DNA of 62,371 nucleotides. It comes from an archaeon (GTDB lineage Archaea > Nanobdellota > Nanobdellia > Pacearchaeales > UBA284). The stretch is from NCBI GenBank assembly GCA_020343435.1, contig CP070794.1, positions 519,341 through 581,711 of the forward strand, in the 5' to 3' direction. Under the pieces are notes generated by a model. It had not been told where the DNA came from, did no database searches, and saw only the letters and a program-made list of their open reading frames with translations. This document shows, piece by piece, positions 36,882 to 44,814 of the stretch; the first letter of the stretch is position 1, and every line of letters begins with the position of its first letter. The position numbers and the translations under genes were made by a program.

Positions 36882-37310
36882 ATGATATTAGAACCAAATT
36901 ATAAGCATTTAGCCCATCAAATACTTGCTCGTGAGAGAAGATATACTCAAATATGTAGTCCTACACCAAAACCCATCACAGCATTTTGGCAAGAAGGTAT
37001 ATACAATGGAGCATATCAAATACTTTTTCCTACACAACCAGAAATTGCTTTAGTGACAAAAAGCAATAACCCTATAATCCCAGAAGTTCTTGAAGAATTG
37101 CGTAGACAAGATCCTGGAAGATTAGAATTAAATGTAGACCCAGAGATTAAATTTGATCTTTCTCCAAGATATATACTGAGATTATTTTTAGATGAAAAAA
37201 GATTAGGTATGGTAACAGAAGAACAAAAAGATTTTGCAGAAAGAAATCTTTCAAGATCCTCTATTGTTATTTTAAATTTTAGTCTTGGTTCAGATCCAAG
37301 GGATAATTAA
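36882..37310 (+). CDS. hypothetical protein (142 aa), leader-motif gene E
   Basis: The track ORF begins at GTG 36873, inside the leader. ATG 36882 is preferred by analogy with the other four copies. Confidence 0.65.
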   Translation: MILEPNYKHLAHQILARERRYTQICSPTPKPITAFWQEGIYNGAYQILFPTQPEIALVTKSNNPIIPEVLEELRRQDPGRLELNVDPEIKFDLSPRYILRLFLDEKRLGMVTEEQKDFAERNLSRSSIVILNFSLGSDPRDN

Positions 37311-37371
37311 TACATTTATAAATTTAATGTAACACAACAATCCTTAAAACTTAAGAAAGAATTCTAAAGTT

Positions 37372-38397
37372 ATGCCTTTTGATCCCATAGCACTTGCAAA
37401 AGAAACAGAAGCAAAAGCTGTTGACGGAAATAAAAGAAAATATAATATTTTCAGAGCTGAAAACTATTATGGCCAAATAGCAACTGCTCGTGGAACCGGT
37501 TGTAATTCAAGATGTGTTTTTTGTTGGATAAATCCTTCAAGAGATGATCCTACAAAATATGGAACTTTCCATACTCCACAACAAGTTTATGATAAACTTG
37601 TAGAGGTTTCTTCTAACGAATTTGGAAGATTAATGTTAGCTAATACAGCAAGGATCTCAGGATGTGAACCTACAATAGGAAAAGACCATTTGCTTTCTTT
37701 AATAGATTTACTTAAAACAAAATATGATTCTACTCCAACTCCAGAAGTAGGTTTTAAGCAAGAATTTGCATCTTTCTTACTTGAAACAAACGGTTTTTTA
37801 TTAGGAAACGATCCAAGTTTCATTAAAGCATTAAGAGAATTTGGAGATTATGTTTATGTAAGACTTTCTTTTAAAGCAGGAACCCCAGAAGCTTTAGAAA
37901 GAAAAACTGGTGTAGATAGAAAAGCTTTTGAATTACCTTTCTTAGCTTTAAGACAACTAGCTACTTATAAAATGAATTATAGAATTGCAGCAATGTCTTC
38001 TGATCCAGTTTTAATGCCTCAAGAAGAAAGAAGAGGTCTTTTAGAATCCATTACAAACACTTTGGGTTTTCTTCCAACAATAGATGAAGAAGATGCACAT
38101 CCTTTTGGAATAACTGTTAAAAGATTAAAAGCTGCAGGAATAATCCAAGATGCAGAAGAATTAGGAAAACAAAGCTATGAAGATCCTCATTCTTCCTTAA
38201 CTAGAGTACAAGATACAAAAGTAAGAATAAGAACTGACGAAGGAGTAATAACCACAGACCCCCCAGAAGCACTTAGAAGATTAATTCATGATTCTGAACT
38301 AAGAACTAAAGAAGTTGATAGAACCCGTTGCGCATCTTGTAGAAATCCTTGGCATGGTTATGATATTGAAGATGATCTTGATCCAAAACTAGGTTAA
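37372..38397 (+). CDS. radical SAM domain protein
   Basis: CX3CX2C cluster motif (GCNSRCVFCW), a GGE-like SGCEPTIG and a C-terminal extension of about 100 aa containing CASC. Confidence 0.75.
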   Translation: MPFDPIALAKETEAKAVDGNKRKYNIFRAENYYGQIATARGTGCNSRCVFCWINPSRDDPTKYGTFHTPQQVYDKLVEVSSNEFGRLMLANTARISGCEPTIGKDHLLSLIDLLKTKYDSTPTPEVGFKQEFASFLLETNGFLLGNDPSFIKALREFGDYVYVRLSFKAGTPEALERKTGVDRKAFELPFLALRQLATYKMNYRIAAMSSDPVLMPQEERRGLLESITNTLGFLPTIDEEDAHPFGITVKRLKAAGIIQDAEELGKQSYEDPHSSLTRVQDTKVRIRTDEGVITTDPPEALRRLIHDSELRTKEVDRTRCASCRNPWHGYDIEDDLDPKLG

Positions 38398-38552
38398 CCT
38401 TTCACCTTAGGCATTATCCAAAATGCAATAATCGCAGCAATAATAAGAATTATTAAAAATAATAATGGAGAGATTATTTTAAAACCTATAAAAATCATAT
38501 TAAGAACTAGAATTATTACAATAATCAAAGAGATTATCTGCTTAGCTCTCAT
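38394..38552 (-). CDS. small hydrophobic protein (52 aa, 2 TM)
   Basis: MRAKQIISLIIVIILVLNMIFIGFKIISPLLFLIILIIAAIIAFWIMPKVKG. Lies 30 nt downstream of gene D. Confidence 0.4.
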   Translation of the reverse strand: MRAKQIISLIIVIILVLNMIFIGFKIISPLLFLIILIIAAIIAFWIMPKVKG

Positions 38553-38582
38553 TTTAATCTCAACAAAAAGAAGAATTTAAAG

Positions 38583-39158
38583 TTATCCTTTAGGAACTCG
38601 AATCATAAAGTCATCTTCTCCACTATCTTCTCCCTCTAAAGAAATTCTCCCTAAATTTGCAGCCCCTGTAGCAATTATATCTTTTTTTATCGCAGCCTTT
38701 CTTGTATGAGGAAGGACTCTCATCAATTGAGCATTAATGGCACCAACCAAATTTCTAAATGCAGTTTCTAATCTGTCATGATGACTACAAGAAGGAGGAA
38801 CACGTTCTAATCTTAATATTTCTTCAAGAGCTTCTAACAATTCTCTTGGAGTCCTTCCAACCCCACAACAGGAGATTTGGGAGTATTTGTTTGGCAATTG
38901 ACAAGACCATATACCTGCTGGAGAGGGTGTATAGATCACAGCCATACCCTTTTTATGAGGAGTTGGTCTCATTCTTTGAACAGACCCAACATATTGCCCT
39001 CTTTTATCCCCAACCTCTTCTTCAATAGTTGTTAATTGATAATCATCTACAAAAGTTCGAAACCCTTCTTCAAGATCGAGCTGTGCTATGCCTTCTATTC
39101 CTGTTGAAACCAACATCCCATTTGAAAAATAAATTCTGTTTTGGCCTTTTAATCTCAT
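38583..39158 (-). CDS. hypothetical protein (191 aa), leader-motif gene D
   Basis: The track start GTG 39191 lies inside the leader; ATG 39158 is preferred. Cys pairs present (SCQL..SCCG, SCSHH). Confidence 0.65.
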   Translation of the reverse strand: MRLKGQNRIYFSNGMLVSTGIEGIAQLDLEEGFRTFVDDYQLTTIEEEVGDKRGQYVGSVQRMRPTPHKKGMAVIYTPSPAGIWSCQLPNKYSQISCCGVGRTPRELLEALEEILRLERVPPSCSHHDRLETAFRNLVGAINAQLMRVLPHTRKAAIKKDIIATGAANLGRISLEGEDSGEDDFMIRVPKG

Positions 39159-39195
39159 CTTCACTCCCCAGAATTTGCTGAGGCTAACCACCTCT
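39159..39195 (-). promoter_or_regulatory. conserved 5' leader copy D
   Basis: Gene-sense: AGAGGTGGTTAGCCTCAGCAAATTCTGGGGAGTGAAG followed by ATG. TTTTATAAATAG lies about 18 nt upstream. Confidence 0.55.
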
Positions 39196-39257
39196 AAAAT
39201 TATTAACTATACCCTATTTATAAAATTAACTAAAAAAAAGAAAAAAAGAAAAAGAAA

Positions 39258-39536
39258 CTAAAATCTTCTTCTATTAAATTCTCTCTTAGGTCTATCTCCC
39301 ATAGGCTTTGCTTCAGAAACCTTAATTTCTCTACCATCTACAGATTTTCCATTAAAGTCTGATATAGCTTTTTTAGCAGCCTTATCATCATCTATAGTTA
39401 CAAATCCGAAACCCTTTGATCTTCCTGAAAACTTGTCTTTGATCAAAGTAGCTTCACTAACTTCATAACCTTCGAAAATCTTTTTCAAACCTTCATCGTC
39501 AACACTAAAAGGTAAATTTCCTACATATAACTTCAT
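39258..39536 (-). CDS. RRM-domain RNA-binding protein
   Basis: RNP2 LYVGNL, RNP1 KGFGFVT and a basic tail. 92 aa. Confidence 0.85.
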   Translation of the reverse strand: MKLYVGNLPFSVDDEGLKKIFEGYEVSEATLIKDKFSGRSKGFGFVTIDDDKAAKKAISDFNGKSVDGREIKVSEAKPMGDRPKREFNRRRF

Positions 39537-39684
39537 TTTTATCCTCCTGATCTTTTATATAATCTAAATTAAGAATAAGCTCTTAACACGAATACTTTTC
39601 ACGAAATTTAACTAACATAATCCCTCCTACCCATAGGAGTTTATAAAGTTAATGTTTTTAAAAGACAACCTACTAATCTAAAAA

Positions 39685-39903
39685 ATGAGAGAAAATACTA
39701 AAAAAACCCCAAAAACTTGGAAAATTATCTTAATAGTAATCTTAGTCATCATACTATTGCTTCTTTTAAGATCTGCACCAACAGATTGCGAGCCTCCATT
39801 AATGGATCATGGAGATGGTTGCTGCATGGATGCAAATAACAATAATCTTTGTGATAGTGTTGAAAAAATTAATACAACCAACCAAACCAATTTATCTACT
39901 TAA
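39685..39903 (+). CDS. small membrane-anchored Cys-containing protein
   Basis: N-terminal TM helix followed by C..CC..C. 72 aa. Confidence 0.45.
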   Translation: MRENTKKTPKTWKIILIVILVIILLLLLRSAPTDCEPPLMDHGDGCCMDANNNNLCDSVEKINTTNQTNLST

Positions 39904-39911
39904 CTAAAAAT

Positions 39912-40241
39912 TCATTCTTCTTCATCCCAAAGTTCTCCAAAACTAAACGTCTCTCTTAAATTAGCTATAGCTCTTCTACTTGCAATATCCTCTTCCCATT
40001 GTGCTTGGGCGCTTAAAACATCCCACAAAAAATAAGGGATATCACATCTCCAAATCTCCCCTTCAAACAAGGGAGCTCTACACATTCCTCCATCATAACC
40101 AGTAATTACTTCAACAAGATGATGTCTTGCTTGTTCTGGGGGCATAGGCCAAACCCGAGAATATAGACCACAATACTTTTCAAAAATAGTTTGTTCAAGA
40201 TCGTCAGTTGGATTAGCAATAAGGTAGTTCCCTCTGTGCAT
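39912..40241 (-). CDS. hypothetical protein (109 aa), atypical composition
   Basis: Clean ORF with CACAATAATTCTTTTAAAC upstream. W/E/R-rich with an acidic tail. Confidence 0.6.
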   Translation of the reverse strand: MHRGNYLIANPTDDLEQTIFEKYCGLYSRVWPMPPEQARHHLVEVITGYDGGMCRAPLFEGEIWRCDIPYFLWDVLSAQAQWEEDIASRRAIANLRETFSFGELWDEEE

Positions 40242-40281
40242 ATTATTTGGTAAGGTTTTTAGTTTAAAAGAATTATTGTGT

Positions 40282-40749
40282 TTAAGCGAAACTTAGATAA
40301 TTCAAAACAGCAGCAAAAGTAACCCAAACTAAGTAAGGAACAAGCATCCAAGCAGATTTCTTATCAACTTTTCTTACAACCAAAATCATAGCTAAAATAG
40401 AGAACCATAAAATAATTATCTCAATAAAAGCTCCTCTAACATTTCTTAATCCAAAATAAAGATAACTCCATAAAACATTAAGAACAAAATTAATCCCAAA
40501 AACTATCCCTATTTTTAATTTATCCTTCTCTTTAGCATTAATCCAAGCAAAGTATAGTGCTAATGCAATTAAAATAAATAAAATAGTCCAAGCTATAGGA
40601 AAAACAAAATTAGGAGGGGTAATAGAAGGCTTAATACTCTCATACCATTGAGTAGAGGTTCCCTGAGATGTGAAAACACTCCCCAAAAATGCCACAATAA
40701 ATATTATAACAAATGCAAGAACAAAAGTTAAAACATTAAGTTTAGCCAT
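40282..40749 (-). CDS. tspO: TspO/MBR tryptophan-rich sensory protein
   Basis: Five TM helices. WYESIKPSITPPNFVFPIAWTILFILIALALY is typical of TspO. Confidence 0.85.
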   Translation of the reverse strand: MAKLNVLTFVLAFVIIFIVAFLGSVFTSQGTSTQWYESIKPSITPPNFVFPIAWTILFILIALALYFAWINAKEKDKLKIGIVFGINFVLNVLWSYLYFGLRNVRGAFIEIIILWFSILAMILVVRKVDKKSAWMLVPYLVWVTFAAVLNYLSFA

Positions 40750-41443
40750 TATTTCTTTTAGAACCCTCCCTTTTTATTCTTTTCTTTATTGCTTTAGCTA
40801 TAAAAATTATTGCGATTATGATACCAGCTAGAATAATCAATCCGATGAGTAGGAATAAACCAATCATATTCCAGAAAGATAAAAGAACAGATTTTCCAAA
40901 ATATCTTTTTAGTTTAGGCATTGATATTATTGCATTTATTGCCTCCCCAAGAGGGAATTCCTCCTTTTTACCAACAACAAGAACATATTTTCCATAATTT
41001 TGATTTTCTTCATTAAAAACTTTAATGATGTATGTTCCCGAACCAACTATCTCAGTATATTCTGGACCCTCCAAATAATAATCTCCTGCGAATTCTTCAA
41101 AATATTCTCCCCAAGAAGCTAAACTTCCATTAATAACCAAAGAATAATCTCCAGAAATTATTTCAAAAGAATAAATATTCTGTTCTTCAATACACTCCCC
41201 AGAAGAACAAGGAATAACTGGCTGTAAAACTTGAACATATAATTGAAAATCTTTATCAGACCTAATCATAAAGTACTCTTCTTGTCCATTCAAAGCAGAA
41301 TAAAATGCTTGTGAAACTTCTGGATTATTTATTTCATAAGGTTCCTGAACAGAAGGATTATTTTCAACAAATCTTGGCTGATGAGAGGATACAAAAGAAA
41401 TGCATAATACAAATAAAATTAAAAGTAATAATATCTTTTTCAT
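40742..41443 (-). CDS. secreted protein with C-terminal TM anchor
   Basis: Signal peptide MKKILLLLILFVLCISFVSS, a soluble domain and a C-terminal TM helix plus basic tail. Confidence 0.6.
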   Translation of the reverse strand: MKKILLLLILFVLCISFVSSHQPRFVENNPSVQEPYEINNPEVSQAFYSALNGQEEYFMIRSDKDFQLYVQVLQPVIPCSSGECIEEQNIYSFEIISGDYSLVINGSLASWGEYFEEFAGDYYLEGPEYTEIVGSGTYIIKVFNEENQNYGKYVLVVGKKEEFPLGEAINAIISMPKLKRYFGKSVLLSFWNMIGLFLLIGLIILAGIIIAIIFIAKAIKKRIKREGSKRNNG

Positions 41444-41467
41444 ACTAATTTAATGAAATTAATTTAT

Positions 41468-41797
41468 TTAAACTTTACAGAACTTACATCTTTTCTTTAA
41501 AAGCTCTTTCTGTTTTTTAACAGATTGCCATTTGTAATCTTGAAAAGATTTCCCCCTAGCTTTTTTCTTATCTAAACAAGATTTGTGATTATACCCTCTT
41601 CTTTCCATCTCATTAATTATCTCTTCATGTTTTTTGTAAAGAGCTTTTAATTTTCCTCTCCATCTTTTAGTTTCAGGGTGATTACAGAACCCTTTAAGAT
41701 CTTTGGTTATTATACTCCACATAGCATGAAGCTCATTATGTTCCCCAAGTAGATGTTGTCTACAAAGATTTTTCACATGAATATCCCAAATTCTCAT
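41468..41797 (-). CDS. pyrimidine-dimer DNA glycosylase (T4 DenV-like family)
   Basis: MRIWDIHVKNLCRQHLLGEHNELH matches the N-terminal signature of the family. Confidence 0.8.
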   Translation of the reverse strand: MRIWDIHVKNLCRQHLLGEHNELHAMWSIITKDLKGFCNHPETKRWRGKLKALYKKHEEIINEMERRGYNHKSCLDKKKARGKSFQDYKWQSVKKQKELLKKRCKFCKV

Positions 41798-41843
41798 TTT
41801 AACTTACCAAAATTAATTCTTTAGAAATGATTTGTTTTTAAAT

Positions 41844-42455
41844 TTATTCACATTTCCCTGGTTTGTAGTATTCAACCATTTCATCTCCACAAGCATTACA
41901 ATCGTTAGAGTAATTATCTATTTTTCTTGTTCCATTATAACCACAAACAGGAGCATATAGAGCATAACAAACTTCAGCATCTCTACTTTCAGGAGAACAA
42001 TAAAATTTAGAATCGGTCACATTCAACTCTCCCATATAAATCATAATTTTTTGTTCAAGTCTTTCAAACTCAACATCATAACACCCAGGACATCTATAAG
42101 CAATTATATTTACCACAGTTAATCCATAATTACTTACATATTGTAAAACATACTCTCTAGCTATACTAATAGCATCTCTAAATGGTTCGTCAATCTCCCA
42201 TTCTCTTAAACAAACTTTAAGAGTTGCATTATAAGAATAACCTGCAGGATTCAAACAACCATATTCATCCCTTTGTCCACCAACAAGCTCTTCAACAAAA
42301 ACTTCTCCAGTATCTGTTCTACATTGTCGAGGATGAGATTCTGTTACAGGATAACCTGCTTCAACACACTCTTCAAAATTAGTCACAATTTCAACAACAC
42401 ATCCTGCTATTAAAAGAATTCCACAAAGCAAAATTATTAATTCAATATATTTCAT
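41844..42455 (-). CDS. secreted/lipoprotein-like Cys-rich protein with C-terminal Kazal-like module
   Basis: Start set at ATG 42455 (ATGA overlap with the upstream stop). MKYIELIILLCGILLIAGC is lipobox-like. C-terminal CYALYAPVCGYNGTRKIDNYSNDCNAC resembles Kazal. Confidence 0.55.
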   Translation of the reverse strand: MKYIELIILLCGILLIAGCVVEIVTNFEECVEAGYPVTESHPRQCRTDTGEVFVEELVGGQRDEYGCLNPAGYSYNATLKVCLREWEIDEPFRDAISIAREYVLQYVSNYGLTVVNIIAYRCPGCYDVEFERLEQKIMIYMGELNVTDSKFYCSPESRDAEVCYALYAPVCGYNGTRKIDNYSNDCNACGDEMVEYYKPGKCE

Positions 42456-42778
42456 AGTTTTATTCCCTTGGACCATCTACCTAAGAACCAAGCATATTTT
42501 TTATCTCCTGATAGCGCATAAATCCAACTCATCAACCAAGATAATACAATAATTATTATTAATATAATAAAAATTGCTGTTCCCAAAATTGGAATTAAAT
42601 TCAATAAGAGTTTTAATATCATAACAACAACATAAGCAATAAAGATAACTAAACTTTGTTTAGCATAAAACATAACATACCTATCTTTTCTCCAAGCAAT
42701 AATTGCAACAACAAACCCTATTATACTTAAAAGAGCTGTTAAAAATGCAAATATCTTTGAATCCTCTTTTTTAGACAT
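42452..42778 (-). CDS. DUF4870-like small membrane protein
   Basis: Three TM helices. ...WRKDRYVMFYAKQSL... is the typical family motif. Confidence 0.55.
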   Translation of the reverse strand: MSKKEDSKIFAFLTALLSIIGFVVAIIAWRKDRYVMFYAKQSLVIFIAYVVVMILKLLLNLIPILGTAIFIILIIIIVLSWLMSWIYALSGDKKYAWFLGRWSKGIKL

Positions 42779-42786
42779 GATTATAC

Positions 42787-43428
42787 CTATCTTCTAGTCT
42801 TTTTAAGATTTTCTAGCACTTTCAAGCCATCTTCTTTCAAAGGTTCTTTATATAATTCATTGACCAACCATAATCCAGATTCTCTAATTTTTTCTTTAGG
42901 AGAGAATAATCCTAACCAGTTTTTAGAAGGTTTGCATTTCTTACATAAAGAAACTGTTGAAATTATTTTAGATTCTAATTCTAGTCTTTTTTCTTTATTT
43001 TTAATTTCAAAGACAACAAAACTAAAATTCTCTTGGATATATCTCGAAACTCTTTTCTCAATCTGTCTTTGTTTTCCAAAATCAATTAAGTTAGAGAACT
43101 TTTCTTTGTTTTCTCTAGTAGTTAAATCCAATTCCCAGAACTTAAGAAAAGGATCTTTTTCTTTATTTAACAGAGCCCTTCCAATGTTTTTTCTAAAGAT
43201 ACTTCTATCTTTATTCTCATTTAGAAAATGTTGTTTTAATCTAGATCTTAGTTGATCTTTTCCAGTATGTGTCCCTATCCTAACAATTCTATCAAAACCA
43301 TTTATTTTTTCTCCTTTTTCAAATAAAATATAGATTCCATTTAGAGGAATTTCATTTTCATTAAAAGGAAAATAAAATCTTTTCATTTCATTAAAAATCT
43401 CATGTAATCTTTCACAAACTTTACTCAT
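42787..43428 (-). CDS. GIY-YIG-like nuclease-superfamily protein
   Basis: NGIYILFE...IVRIGTHTG...LRSRLKQH...N follows the GIY/YIG/R/N order. Confidence 0.55.
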   Translation of the reverse strand: MSKVCERLHEIFNEMKRFYFPFNENEIPLNGIYILFEKGEKINGFDRIVRIGTHTGKDQLRSRLKQHFLNENKDRSIFRKNIGRALLNKEKDPFLKFWELDLTTRENKEKFSNLIDFGKQRQIEKRVSRYIQENFSFVVFEIKNKEKRLELESKIISTVSLCKKCKPSKNWLGLFSPKEKIRESGLWLVNELYKEPLKEDGLKVLENLKKTRR

Positions 43429-43838
43429 TTTGAATTTTCTTTTAAAAATTTTAAAATTTTCCCAAAACCAAGACCTTTTAGGGGTTCTTTATAATTTCTG
43501 ATAAAGGGAGTTAATAGTTCTCTATATCTTTTTCCAGTAAGAAAGATTACTTCATCTTTCTGAAAATCGACAACCTTTCTTAATTGGTTTAATACCTTAT
43601 TAGCCCATTCTTTTCTTTTCTTAAGAAGCATTTTATTAAGAGTTAAATTATATGGTTCTATTTCATCATCTAAATTTAGTAAACCATGTTTAGCAGATAA
43701 TATAAAGATTTTATCTGGACTTAACTTTCTAGCATATCTCAAACTAAATTTAAAATAAGGGCTAATATACAGATCTTTTGTTTTAGCTCGATATTTTAGT
43801 TTTGTACTAACACAAGATAATAAAACAATTCTTTTCAT
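43425..43838 (-). CDS. DUF6884-like protein
   Basis: LLSCVSTK...DLYISPYF...ILSAKHGLL...EPYNLTL pattern. ATGA overlap with the GIY-YIG gene. Confidence 0.45.
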   Translation of the reverse strand: MKRIVLLSCVSTKLKYRAKTKDLYISPYFKFSLRYARKLSPDKIFILSAKHGLLNLDDEIEPYNLTLNKMLLKKRKEWANKVLNQLRKVVDFQKDEVIFLTGKRYRELLTPFIRNYKEPLKGLGFGKILKFLKENSK

Positions 43839-43839
43839 T

Positions 43840-44778
43840 TTAAAATAATTTTAAAAATTTTTCTATGGGGTATTTTTTTAATATGTTAAAGACCTTGCTT
43901 CTTTTATCAAACCATCTATTAATAAATTTTTTACGATCGGGGTTTTTTTTTAAAGATCCAACAGCATATCTTACAGATTTCAATATTCTGTACATCATAA
44001 AATAATAACAAGCTTTTTTTTCTTCAGAATTTAATTTTATTCTATTTTGAAATGTTTTCAAGAAAACCTTCATCTTTTTCTCTAATACTTTATTCTTTCC
44101 AACTAAAACTTTTCCCATGAATGTGGCAATATCATGAACTAAAAAATCTGTATGTGCATCATCAAAATCTAGGATTGCTGTCAGTTTATTTCCCTTAACT
44201 AAAATATTACTCACAGTTAAATCTGCATGTATAATCGATCTTCTAATTTTCTTCCTATCTAAGGTTCTAATCTTTTCAACAATTTCATCAAAGTTTTTTT
44301 GTAATTTAAAATCCCTAAATTTTTCAACAGTTTTCTTTTTCTTAAACTGATGATACGGCCCCCAATAATCTTTACTTCTAAATCTTAATTTAGATAATCT
44401 CTTATTCATTAAAGCAAATTTATCTGCACAATCTTTTATCAAAGTCATAGAAAACGTTTTAGGATGTTTGCCTTCTGCAAATTTTTGAATTACTAGATAC
44501 TTTTTCTTGTAAGGAAAGATAATCTTTTTATCTCTAGTTTCTATATCTTGGGCTACAGGAACTAACTTTTTCAAGGATTCAATTATTCTTATCTGATATC
44601 TTACATGCTTTATGTTACATTCAAAAACTTTCAAAATAAATTTTCCCTTACTAGTCCTTAACAAATAAATAGTGTTACTTAAAGCATAAGGGATATGTTT
44701 ATGAGATCTATATCTGCCAATAGAATACCAATCTAAAATCTTTTCAAAATCACTTTTATTTAACTTAGTTAAGATCAT
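43840..44778 (-). CDS. aminoglycoside-phosphotransferase-fold kinase (second copy)
   Basis: HADLTVSNILV and LDFDD. The N-terminus is similar to 28492..29436. Confidence 0.7.
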   Translation of the reverse strand: MILTKLNKSDFEKILDWYSIGRYRSHKHIPYALSNTIYLLRTSKGKFILKVFECNIKHVRYQIRIIESLKKLVPVAQDIETRDKKIIFPYKKKYLVIQKFAEGKHPKTFSMTLIKDCADKFALMNKRLSKLRFRSKDYWGPYHQFKKKKTVEKFRDFKLQKNFDEIVEKIRTLDRKKIRRSIIHADLTVSNILVKGNKLTAILDFDDAHTDFLVHDIATFMGKVLVGKNKVLEKKMKVFLKTFQNRIKLNSEEKKACYYFMMYRILKSVRYAVGSLKKNPDRKKFINRWFDKRSKVFNILKKYPIEKFLKLF

Positions 44779-44814
44779 TTTAAAATTAGTAAAAAGAATT
44801 ATAAAAACTTAACT

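Noticed and set aside
36873-39191. GTG starts proposed by the ORF track for 36873..37310 and 38583..39191.
   Set aside because: Both GTGs fall inside the conserved leader element. In the other three copies that element is clearly untranslated and ends in an ATG at the equivalent position, so ATG 36882 and ATG 39158 were adopted.
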